In this document: positions 48,513 through 56,668 of the stretch, in pieces
Layout: every line of letters begins with the position of its first letter
How positions within the stretch are numbered: the first letter of the stretch is position 1
Virus record (IMG/VR): IMGVR_UViG_3300024344_000011
Span: 1-58,236 of that record
Source of the DNA: a virus
Lineage: Duplodnaviria; Caudoviricetes
DNA: 58,236 bases
Direction: 5' to 3' (one strand)
Made by a program: the position numbers and the translations under genes
The notes under the pieces: generated by a model
What the model was told of the DNA's origin: nothing
Seen by the model: the letters and a program-made list of their open reading frames with translations, nothing else
Databases searched by the model: none

Positions 48513-49025
48513 CTAGAACGGGATTTCATCATCGTAAGGTTCGTAGTATTTTTTATTCTTACCTTTTCCCGTAACTTTTACTTTTCTTCCCTCGATAACT
48601 TCATGCCCTTTTTCTGGAACCTCTAGGCCATTTACATTCATAAACTCTTCCACACCTTCAGGGTTATCATCACTGATTCGTATATGTAAGTTATCTCTAT
48701 AACCATTAATTATTTTTACAACAAAATCAATAACTTCCTGTTTTTCTAAATCGTTAAAAGATTTATCAAAACCTATCTCCTCAAACATTGGCAGTAATGT
48801 ATTTTTAACAGTATCAATTACAGCTTCATACTCTGTATCTGTTCCTTTATAATCCATATTGTATCCTATATTTTTAGAAAAAAAATTTTGTCCGTCTCTG
48901 CATCCAAACCAAGCTATCGGAATAGATCGAGAAAAATCATGATAACCATAATTATGATAACCCAGGCTATGACATAATCCACAGACACGTTTTCCTCTTT
49001 TTTCTTTTACACAACTTTTAAACAT
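48513..49025 (-). CDS. replication-module protein with SSB-like C-terminal tip
   Basis: CGLC N-terminus; ends YDDEIPF. Confidence 0.7.
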   Translation of the reverse strand: MFKSCVKEKRGKRVCGLCHSLGYHNYGYHDFSRSIPIAWFGCRDGQNFFSKNIGYNMDYKGTDTEYEAVIDTVKNTLLPMFEEIGFDKSFNDLEKQEVIDFVVKIINGYRDNLHIRISDDNPEGVEEFMNVNGLEVPEKGHEVIEGRKVKVTGKGKNKKYYEPYDDEIPF

Positions 49026-49091
49026 TTGAAAACACCCGAGTAAACCCTGTCAACAAACCAGAGATTTATGGATTTACCCAGGTGCCACTTA

Positions 49092-49391
49092 CTACAACCC
49101 AAATTCAGATTTCTTCTGAGAGGCATAAGAGGTAGCGCAACCCATGGCTTTTGCTACTTCTGTTACCGTTTTACCCTCCGAGAAAAGCGTGCGAAACCTT
49201 TCTAGTTTTTCCTCGTTAGGCTTACGCCCACGAGTTTCTATATTGGGTATTTCTCCTGAATCTATCTTTCCCTGCAATGAGCCAATAGTATGTTCAAGTT
49301 TTTCTGTAACTTTACCAATATCCTGATAAGCTTTTTGCAAACTTTGAATATCTTTTTTAACCTGAGAGGCCGTTAGTTTATCGCCTCCCAT
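49092..49391 (-). CDS. coiled-coil plus HTH DNA-binding protein
   Basis: RGRKP...EGKTVTEVAKAMGCATSYAS. Confidence 0.75.
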   Translation of the reverse strand: MGGDKLTASQVKKDIQSLQKAYQDIGKVTEKLEHTIGSLQGKIDSGEIPNIETRGRKPNEEKLERFRTLFSEGKTVTEVAKAMGCATSYASQKKSEFGL

Positions 49392-49393
49392 AA

Positions 49394-50050
49394 CTATATA
49401 CCAAAGTCGGCTGCTTTCGAGGCTGCTGTAGCTGTATTCCCGGTTGGTTTCACAACCTCAGCCTTTTTCTCAAAAGTTTTAGTTGAAGTGTCTACAACCT
49501 TGTTAGTAAAGTATTGAGCAAAGTCTGCATAACGAGGATCATCAGCAGTAATTACACCTTGCCAAGGATTAAAAGTATTTTTATCTCCATACTCAGCATT
49601 CGGCTCTATCTCCACATCAACAACAGCATTCATACCTTCAAGTTCAGCATAAGAACATTTTCTTAAATTCTTAGCTTTTTCAGATACATCGTCATGCTCA
49701 AGGCCGTAATGTGATTCTATCAATCTTCTGACTATTAAATTAGAAAAAGTAACACTCTTTTGTTGCCCCTCACTTAATGGAGCGCCATAGACATTCATGT
49801 TTTTCCAAAATTTTCTTGTAGAAAAATCAGGGCTTATAACCGTAAAACATAATGCAAAATAATGTAGTGGGCTTGCTCCTGACTTCCTGTAGAAATTTGG
49901 AATAAACTCCCCATTAAACACATCCATGTTTTCAGGATGTTCTACTGTATTGTTTCGATCAATACTTATTTCCACAGCATAAAGTCCAGGTGGTAATGGG
50001 GTATTGTCACTTGTTTTGGTTTCTGTTTGAAATTCATTAAAATCAGGCAT
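49394..50050 (-). CDS. putative ssDNA-binding protein
   Basis: PLPPGLY...F.V...RKFW...YGDKN; adjacent to Sak4-like gene. Confidence 0.7.
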   Translation of the reverse strand: MPDFNEFQTETKTSDNTPLPPGLYAVEISIDRNNTVEHPENMDVFNGEFIPNFYRKSGASPLHYFALCFTVISPDFSTRKFWKNMNVYGAPLSEGQQKSVTFSNLIVRRLIESHYGLEHDDVSEKAKNLRKCSYAELEGMNAVVDVEIEPNAEYGDKNTFNPWQGVITADDPRYADFAQYFTNKVVDTSTKTFEKKAEVVKPTGNTATAASKAADFGI

Positions 50051-50867
50051 TCTTTTTCTCCTTAGTTTGCGTTGGTAATAATTTTGTTAATAATTGTTTT
50101 AAGTTAGGCTCTTCATAAGTCTGAAGTTTACCTGAACGGTCTTTTGCCGGATAACCGAAATCATTATCTGTAGTACAAATAAATTTTCTTGATCGTGATT
50201 TATGGCCATCTTTGTCGACTTCATCAACAAAGGCATAAGTAATAACTTGATCGACAATACCGGGAAGTTCCCTAGATATTTTTTGGCCTTCAAGCTGTAA
50301 GGCATAAACGGGTTGTCCTAAATCATCTTGATACTCATCAAGAACAGAACAGAATATGACATTCTTATTACGGGTATGCTGTAATTGAATAAGCCATTCC
50401 ATTAACTCTCTACCTATTTGTCCATAACAACCTCGAGTATCAAGTGCGCCTGTCTTCGTAAAATTTTGTGGATTTTGTTGAGCCGCTAGTAAAGCTAATC
50501 GAGCCGCAACAGTTATCGAATCAACAAATAAAGTCTTTGATTTCTCAATAGCTTCTTTTACATCAGCCATTTGTTCACTACAGACATCATAATGCGCTTG
50601 GCTATACTTTGCCTTTGGATTTTGAATAGCCGGATTAAATCCACCAGCTAAACAAGCGATAGCTTGACACTGCGCCCAAGTTCGAGGTTGCAATGTATTT
50701 CCTTTAAAATCTCCGACAGCTAAATCTCCGGCTTCTAGGTCTATAAATAATGTGTGACGAGGATCTAAATGAGTAAGTAATGTTGTTTTACCAATACCAG
50801 GCTTGCCTGTAATTACGGCCTTTACTCCTGTAAATTGTTTGTTTCTTTCTTCTGCATTAACTAACAT
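50043..50867 (-). CDS. Sak4-like AAA ATPase (ssDNA annealing)
   Basis: GKPGIGKT, DLEAG, FVDSIT, AKDRSG; start ATG 50867 after AAGGAGG. Confidence 0.85.
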   Translation of the reverse strand: MLVNAEERNKQFTGVKAVITGKPGIGKTTLLTHLDPRHTLFIDLEAGDLAVGDFKGNTLQPRTWAQCQAIACLAGGFNPAIQNPKAKYSQAHYDVCSEQMADVKEAIEKSKTLFVDSITVAARLALLAAQQNPQNFTKTGALDTRGCYGQIGRELMEWLIQLQHTRNKNVIFCSVLDEYQDDLGQPVYALQLEGQKISRELPGIVDQVITYAFVDEVDKDGHKSRSRKFICTTDNDFGYPAKDRSGKLQTYEEPNLKQLLTKLLPTQTKEKKNA

Positions 50868-51150
50868 TATTGCCCTCCTTATATTGTTCGTAAGATAAAT
50901 CTGCATAGTATGCCTCAGCATTTTCTGCTTCTTCAATTGGATCTAAAACCAATTCTCTAAATAAATCTTTAAAATCCGAATCAGACAAAGCGTCTAACTC
51001 TTCTTTATTTTTGTTTGTTAATTTTTCGTGATTAGCATTGTGTAAAGATTTAAAATCTCCAAGCAACCATTCTGTTGCAGATTTTCTATCTGATACCATA
51101 TCATTAAAATCTTCTTCAATTTGCATAATCCAATTTTTTGTTCCGCTCAT
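50857..51150 (-). CDS. hypothetical protein
   Basis: MSGTKNWIM; AAGGAG RBS. Confidence 0.75.
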   Translation of the reverse strand: MSGTKNWIMQIEEDFNDMVSDRKSATEWLLGDFKSLHNANHEKLTNKNKEELDALSDSDFKDLFRELVLDPIEEAENAEAYYADLSYEQYKEGNNVS

Positions 51151-51151
51151 G

Positions 51152-51637
51152 TTAAGCTCCTTTATAAGTGTAAGTAATTTTTTCAGAAATTTTCTTTGTT
51201 CTTGATTTTTTTAATACTTCTTGAGCTGTAGGTTCGAGGGCATTAAATTGGGAGGCCGGAACAGATAGTTTAAATATTTTTCTCATCTGTTTCGGGGGAT
51301 AGCTTTTACATAAACAATCGTAAGCTTTCCAAATCTGCTCATCATCATATGAGATAGATGAACCAAGTTTAGCAGTAAGCTTAGAGCCGTCTTCTATAGT
51401 AAAAGTATGAGAACCATCATCCTTCTCTTTTATAGCCAACTCAGATTGCAACCTTTGTCCGTATGTCCTGTCTAGACACCGATCAATATTCTCACTAGCC
51501 ACTTTAGCCATTCGGCTTATCCTCCCTAACTGCTCTTTTTTAGTAAGCAGTTCGTCAGTAGAACAATTAGTTAAATTAGTATCTTCCTGAAATATCAATT
51601 TAGCTATTTCAGCATTATTAAAATCATTTGAAGTCAT
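51152..51637 (-). CDS. hypothetical replication-module protein
   Basis: 161 aa, first gene of the operon. Confidence 0.75.
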   Translation of the reverse strand: MTSNDFNNAEIAKLIFQEDTNLTNCSTDELLTKKEQLGRISRMAKVASENIDRCLDRTYGQRLQSELAIKEKDDGSHTFTIEDGSKLTAKLGSSISYDDEQIWKAYDCLCKSYPPKQMRKIFKLSVPASQFNALEPTAQEVLKKSRTKKISEKITYTYKGA

Positions 51638-51776
51638 AGTAAAATCCTAAAAAAAGTTAAAAATTAATTAAAATATAATTGCTAATATAATTATTAAGTA
51701 AATAAAGTCAAGCGTAGAAATTTTTTTTATCTGTTTTTTACTTAACAGATTCCACTCCCGACCAATGTTTTGTTCA

Positions 51777-51977
51777 CTATTCTATAGGGGAATAAATGGG
51801 CTGACGCTTTATAATCAGGTAGTTTTCAGGTTCACTGACGTGTTCCGCAACTACTCCGTGAGCTGCCAAAGGATAATCTCTTTTATAATAATCAATATCT
51901 CTTTTTGAAGGGATATATGATTGAGCTATTATCCTTCCCGTATAGTCATGCCATATAACAGGCACTTGAGCATTCAT
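51777..51977 (-). CDS. hypothetical protein
   Basis: 66 aa, AAGGAG RBS. Confidence 0.65.
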   Translation of the reverse strand: MNAQVPVIWHDYTGRIIAQSYIPSKRDIDYYKRDYPLAAHGVVAEHVSEPENYLIIKRQPIYSPIE

Positions 51978-52007
51978 AACTTTCTCCTTGTAAAAAAATC
52001 AAATTAT

Positions 52008-52026
52008 GTTTACATATTATGTAAAC
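52008..52026. promoter_or_regulatory. palindromic operator between divergent genes
   Basis: GTTTACATA-T-TATGTAAAC. Confidence 0.7.
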
Positions 52027-52047
52027 CTTACATGAGAGGAAATAAAA

Positions 52048-52287
52048 ATGCAAGATGTAAACAGTTATTCAACTGCCAGGATATATACTAAATCATTAGC
52101 AAAAGCTCGTCTGCTTGCTAAAGATCAAAAGAAAAGTCAAATAAGAATAATAGAAGAAGCTATCAATCTTTTATGGAGCGATAAAATGAACCAAGAAGAA
52201 CCGATAGATATTATGGAACATTTACCTGAAGAAAAATCCACTGGGAGAGGGATTGAGAATGCGTTCAGCAACAGCAGAAAAGATTAA
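52048..52287 (+). CDS. small ribbon-helix-helix-like regulator
   Basis: YSTARIY strand, then two helices (LAKARLLAK, QIRIIEEAINLL). Confidence 0.55.
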   Translation: MQDVNSYSTARIYTKSLAKARLLAKDQKKSQIRIIEEAINLLWSDKMNQEEPIDIMEHLPEEKSTGRGIENAFSNSRKD

Positions 52288-52816
52288 ACCAAATAAAAAG
52301 TTACGAGGCTTAGAGTTATTTGCCGGGATTGGTGGTATGACTTTAGGTTTTGAAATGGCTTATGGAGAAGACTATGAATGCGTGGCATTTGTAGAGAGAG
52401 ATAAATATTGTGGAAAGGTTTTAAACAAACATTGGAGCGATGTTCCAATATATACAGATATAAGGGAATTTGATTATGACAAAGAAAAAGACAGACTCGG
52501 AAGAATTGACATTGTTCTCGGAGGTTTCCCATGCCAACCCTGGTCAGGGGCAGGAAAGCAACGAGGGGCGCAAGATGACCGAGACCTCTGGCCTGAAATG
52601 TTACGAGTTATTAAAAGCATCACGCCCCGACCTAGATGGATCATTGGCGAAAATGTGCAAGGCTTTGTTAACATGGAGATGGGACTCTCCCGCACGGTCT
52701 CTGATTTGGAAAATGAAAACTACCAAGTCCAACCATTCGTATATGGCGCTGTCGCCGTCCAGGCAAGGCATCAAAGGCAACGGTGTTTCGTTGTGGCCCA
52801 CTCCAAGAGCGACTAG
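52253..52816 (+). CDS. C5-cytosine DNA methyltransferase, catalytic part (motifs I-VIII)
   Basis: LFAGIGG, DI, GGFPCQPWS, ENV, HQRQRCF; stops just after motif VIII. Confidence 0.9.
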   Translation: MRMRSATAEKIKPNKKLRGLELFAGIGGMTLGFEMAYGEDYECVAFVERDKYCGKVLNKHWSDVPIYTDIREFDYDKEKDRLGRIDIVLGGFPCQPWSGAGKQRGAQDDRDLWPEMLRVIKSITPRPRWIIGENVQGFVNMEMGLSRTVSDLENENYQVQPFVYGAVAVQARHQRQRCFVVAHSKSD

Positions 52817-53723
52817 CCGTATGGCATATAGGGAGAAACCTTCCCCTTCTATGATCAATGGAACACATGGTTGGAGTCTTAATGCAGCTGTTACAGATAG
52901 CATGAGTGATACACCACATAGAATGTGGAATACTCCTACAGCTTTTGATTCGGGTAATCCTAATACACAAGAAAAAATAGATAAAGAAGCCAAAACAAAT
53001 AGAAAAGGCAGAGACAAACCAGGTCACTTAAAAGAAGAGGTTATGGTTGAAGAGGGTTTAAGAATGTGGCCTACAGACAATTTAATTCCTACTCCTGTTG
53101 CGACTGATCACCAAGATAATCCGGCTGAACAATTAGAAAATTGGAAGAAGAGAGCTAAAAAGAAAAAAGAAGAAGGAATAAACTTACAGTTTGCTCTTCG
53201 TCATTATGTGCAAATGTATCCCACTCCTACTGCAAGAGATTACAAAGGAGCAAGAAAGCCTGAAACATTAAAAAAGAAAGGCCGAACCGAAACAAACTCT
53301 TTACCTGATAAAGTGAGAGCATTAGAAGACCATAGAATGTGGCCCACTGCGAGAGCCGCTCTAGGTATGAATATGAAAACAACTGAAGGCATGGCAAAAC
53401 TCAGACATAAAGGATATTTAGAAACAGAAGTAGCCCATGTTCATATACACGAAGAAAAAAAAGAGCCTGTGGGAGCATTAAATCCTCCATGGGTTGAATG
53501 GTTAATGGGGTTTCCGATTGGTCATACCTCCATCAATGAAGATATTACATACAATATGGAGGTAGATTATTGGGGGGAAGAACCTCCTATATCAAGAGTA
53601 GCTGTAGGGGTAAAAAATAGAAAAGATAGATTGCGTTGTTTGGGGAATGCTGTTGTTCCTCAATGTTTAGCTGTGATAGCTGAATGTATTAAAGAGGTAG
53701 AAGATGAAGAAAACAATAATTAG
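52476..53723 (+). CDS. C5-cytosine DNA methyltransferase, second part (tandem TRD-like modules, motifs IX-X)
   Basis: AAGGGA RBS at 52462; five PT[PA].A modules; LNPPWVEWLMGFP and RLRCLGNAVVPQ. Confidence 0.85.
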   Translation: MTKKKTDSEELTLFSEVSHANPGQGQESNEGRKMTETSGLKCYELLKASRPDLDGSLAKMCKALLTWRWDSPARSLIWKMKTTKSNHSYMALSPSRQGIKGNGVSLWPTPRATSRMAYREKPSPSMINGTHGWSLNAAVTDSMSDTPHRMWNTPTAFDSGNPNTQEKIDKEAKTNRKGRDKPGHLKEEVMVEEGLRMWPTDNLIPTPVATDHQDNPAEQLENWKKRAKKKKEEGINLQFALRHYVQMYPTPTARDYKGARKPETLKKKGRTETNSLPDKVRALEDHRMWPTARAALGMNMKTTEGMAKLRHKGYLETEVAHVHIHEEKKEPVGALNPPWVEWLMGFPIGHTSINEDITYNMEVDYWGEEPPISRVAVGVKNRKDRLRCLGNAVVPQCLAVIAECIKEVEDEENNN

Positions 53724-53880
53724 CTTAGTGATTCTTTTAGGAGGGTGTAATGCAACGGGAGTATCTAATTGCGATGTGCCTATTCATATAGGAACTGCAT
53801 ATAACAGCGAGGGACAAATGGTTATTTTAGAAGTTGAAGAACCAGGGTGTCCACGCATTGATACTTTTAAGGATTTCTAA
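53704..53880 (+). CDS. small lipoprotein (not in ORF track)
   Basis: MKKTIISLVILLGGC lipobox; GAGGT RBS; 58 aa. Confidence 0.7.
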   Translation: MKKTIISLVILLGGCNATGVSNCDVPIHIGTAYNSEGQMVILEVEEPGCPRIDTFKDF

Positions 53881-53881
53881 A

Positions 53882-54454
53882 ATGATTCCTTTTCCAAAAA
53901 AGAAATACAATGTTATCTATGCTGATCCACCATGGCACTATCAAACATGGGGAGAGGGAAGTAATCGGAATGTAACCTCTAAATACGATACTATGTCTCC
54001 AGAAGAAATCTTTAAACTTCCTGTTAGTGATTTAGCAGATGAAGATTGTGTTTTGTTTATATGGGTAACTTTTCCCAAATTACTAGAGGGAATAAAAACT
54101 ATAGAAGAATGGGGATTTACCTACAAAACCCTTGCGTTTAACTGGGTAAAAACAAATAAAAAACTTAAAACGAATCAGACCTCTTTCTTACCTATGGATA
54201 GCTTTGATACCTTTTGGGGCTTAGGATATTGGACGAGAGCCAACAGTGAATTGTGTCTATTAGCTACAAGAGGAAAACCTAAGCGTGAATCCTGTAAAGT
54301 CCATCAGCTTGTCTATGAGCCTGTTCGGGAACATTCAAGAAAGCCGGATTGTGTCCGGGATAGAATTGTAGAACTCATAGGCGATGTTCCTCGTATCGAA
54401 TTGTTTGCTCGTCAAAAAGCTAACGGTTGGGATAATTGGGGTAACGAACTTTAA
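53882..54454 (+). CDS. MT-A70 family adenine methyltransferase
   Basis: YADPPW, LFIWVT, WGFTY, GLGYWTR, EHSRKP, IELFAR. Confidence 0.92.
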   Translation: MIPFPKKKYNVIYADPPWHYQTWGEGSNRNVTSKYDTMSPEEIFKLPVSDLADEDCVLFIWVTFPKLLEGIKTIEEWGFTYKTLAFNWVKTNKKLKTNQTSFLPMDSFDTFWGLGYWTRANSELCLLATRGKPKRESCKVHQLVYEPVREHSRKPDCVRDRIVELIGDVPRIELFARQKANGWDNWGNEL

Positions 54455-54457
54455 AAA

Positions 54458-54502
54458 ACTCAATATGTTGACGAAACCGGGTTAATACACTACATCTAGT
54501 GT
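54458..54502 (+). promoter_or_regulatory. promoter overlapped by two NrdR-box-like sites
   Basis: ACTCAATATGTTGACG (54458) and ACACTACATCTAGTGT (54487); TTGACG-17-TACATC. Confidence 0.55.
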
Positions 54503-54504
54503 AT

Positions 54505-54651
54505 GTGGACGGTAGGACTCTACTTTTGATATATGTCTTCCTCTCTATCATATGTCATCCACGGATTGCAGCCACTTGTAATGCCTGGTCTGTATGGACT
54601 GGGCATTACTTTTTACAGGGGAATATATGGCCCACGATAACCAAGCCATGA
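54505..54651 (+). CDS. possible 48-aa membrane peptide (not in ORF track)
   Basis: GTG start just after the promoter, hydrophobic N-terminus, ATGA-coupled to the next gene. Confidence 0.4.
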   Translation: MDGRTLLLIYVFLSIICHPRIAATCNAWSVWTGHYFLQGNIWPTITKP

Positions 54652-54989
54652 AGAGTAATATCACGAGAGGGGTAAGGGCAGAATTATTAGCGGCTGAGTG
54701 GTTGATAGAACAAGGCATATGGTCTTTTATTCCCATGTCGGCTCAAGGCCCGATTGATTTAGTCGGAGTAGACAAAGACGGAATAGTTTATTTATTTGAT
54801 ATAAAAGTTCAATCCCGAAGAAAAAACGGAACAAAAATATCTAGGTCTTTAAAACCCAACCAAAAAAAATTAGGCGTCCAACTGTTGTATGTTGATCTTA
54901 AAGCTAAAGAAATATTCATTGGAGGATCACAGAAGAAAGGCACGGACGGACAATTCTTAAGCCAAAAGAAATTCCTAAAAAAGAAATGA
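54648..54989 (+). CDS. PD-(D/E)XK nuclease, Holliday junction resolvase-like
   Basis: RG..AE.....WL...G...GPIDLV...FDIK; start uncertain (54594-54648). Confidence 0.75.
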   Translation: MKSNITRGVRAELLAAEWLIEQGIWSFIPMSAQGPIDLVGVDKDGIVYLFDIKVQSRRKNGTKISRSLKPNQKKLGVQLLYVDLKAKEIFIGGSQKKGTDGQFLSQKKFLKKK

Positions 54990-55195
54990 GTCTTCTTGTT
55001 CAAGCAAATCTTTGTCTTCTTTGCCTGTTGCTCTTCTCTTTCTAGTTCCGCACGTGAGAGGGTATTCATAAGAACCATCTTCACTTGATGAGTTAGCCAG
55101 GAAGGTTAAAAACACTAAAAATATACTGACCAATAAGTGTTTTTCCCAGCGGAGTTCTACAACTCGCATGGTATCACATGGTTAGTTACCTAAAT

Positions 55196-55456
55196 TTAAG
55201 CTGACTGTATTTCCATAATCTCAGCGCAGAAAGCATTGTTTAACAATACTTCAGAAGCTTTTAATGCGCTGTCGAACCCGTTAAAAGACAATATAGCGGA
55301 ATTAACTATAAGCTCTGTCGGGGTAGTATATCTTGGAGATTTTTCTTTCTCATCTATGGTGAGAATAATATTTATCCCTCTTCGTTTAGCTACCCATTGG
55401 TTACTCTTTTGTTTACTAAAACCGATGTTTACGGCTTGTCCTTCTAATGAAATCAT
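55196..55456 (-). CDS. hypothetical protein
   Basis: 86 aa, AAGGAG RBS, coupled. Confidence 0.7.
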   Translation of the reverse strand: MISLEGQAVNIGFSKQKSNQWVAKRRGINIILTIDEKEKSPRYTTPTELIVNSAILSFNGFDSALKASEVLLNNAFCAEIMEIQSA

Positions 55457-55692
55457 TTATCACTCCTTTTTTTAAAGGGTATAACATTACCAAGAAAAAC
55501 TTCATCTTCTTGTTCTTCTAACTGCGTTTCAAAGAAATTTATAACGATACGGCCTAAATCTATTGGCTCTACTTTTTCTAAGAAAAGCCGGATCATAGCT
55601 GGATCTTCGTTAAGTGTCCCGTCTTCGTTACACAGAGAAATGCGCAACCCTAATTTTGGTTTTCCTGTTTTCATGTCTATTTTTTCCCTCAA
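55453..55692 (-). CDS. hypothetical protein
   Basis: ends NVIPFKKR, a common phage motif. Confidence 0.65.
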   Translation of the reverse strand: MREKIDMKTGKPKLGLRISLCNEDGTLNEDPAMIRLFLEKVEPIDLGRIVINFFETQLEEQEDEVFLGNVIPFKKRSDK

Positions 55693-55741
55693 ATAAAACG
55701 ACTTTAATATCTTGTAATTACATTTTTTTTGTGTCAGGCGA

Positions 55742-55933
55742 TCACTTTACATCATCATGGAACTCATGCGGAACTTCTCGGCCTTTACCATAGAATTGTA
55801 TCCTATATGTTTCCATTCTTTTCGCTAATTCCGGCACAGTTAAAGGGTTTCGTCTTGCTCCAGGTTGAGCAAACTCGTCCCAAGTATTAAATATTTTTTG
55901 TAATAATTCGCTATCAGTCATCGCTTTCTCCAC
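55742..55933 (-). CDS. hypothetical protein
   Basis: 63 aa in the leftward operon. Confidence 0.6.
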   Translation of the reverse strand: MEKAMTDSELLQKIFNTWDEFAQPGARRNPLTVPELAKRMETYRIQFYGKGREVPHEFHDDVK

Positions 55934-56098
55934 TTAAATCTAAAGCATAATAGGTGTCTTATGTAGTATATCAATCTCATTTTTTTCCTCTCTGTTTCGG
56001 TATGGGGGCTTGGATTTTAAAGAAAGGGAGTTAAAATGAACCCCCACACCACGCTGAGCTTTAATCAGCACGTCATTATACGAAATGTAAACCTAAAG

Positions 56099-56659
56099 TC
56101 AAATCCCTCTCATCGCCTTAACACTTTGAAGTATTATATGTGTCAGATCAACTTCCTCAGACATGGGTATTCTAAAGTATTTCCCTTTTATCCCTATCAT
56201 TATGTAATCTCTATTAATCTCTATATGAAAATCCCTCTTCTCAATCCACTCACATACCTCTGATTCTAAATTTTCTACCCTCAACATAGAATAAATAGAA
56301 CTAGGATTTTCTTTTTGAAGGTGTTCATATTCGTTTTTCGTATTATCAAAAGTGTCGGGGTTGCCTAATTGCCTCCAATGGTCAGGGCCATTCTTTTCCA
56401 TAATAACAAAATCTTTATATTCATTATTCCTCTCAAGTTCCAATTTTATTCTATCCTCTACAAAATCTAAAACTCCCCTCTCATCATTACAAACTTTAGT
56501 AACAATATCCTTAACGGATTTAAGAGAGGTCTTACCAAACATATCTTCTACGGCATTTTTCTTTTCATGCTCTTGTTCTTTTACCAAGGTTTTAAATCTT
56601 TCTATCTTTACAAATAAAGGATCATTTTCCTTAAAACTCATATCACCTAATACACCCAT
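56099..56659 (-). CDS. hypothetical protein
   Basis: 186 aa, AGGAG RBS. Confidence 0.75.
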   Translation of the reverse strand: MGVLGDMSFKENDPLFVKIERFKTLVKEQEHEKKNAVEDMFGKTSLKSVKDIVTKVCNDERGVLDFVEDRIKLELERNNEYKDFVIMEKNGPDHWRQLGNPDTFDNTKNEYEHLQKENPSSIYSMLRVENLESEVCEWIEKRDFHIEINRDYIMIGIKGKYFRIPMSEEVDLTHIILQSVKAMRGI

Positions 56660-56668
56660 TTTTTTCTC

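Noticed and set aside
51640-51720. CtrA box TTAA-N7-TTAA at 51657 as a host indicator
   Set aside because: Expected by chance in such AT-rich DNA
52253-53723. MTase pseudogene or assembly frameshift
   Set aside because: Long open overlap, separate RBS and intact motifs in both frames favour a designed split; reads are needed for certainty
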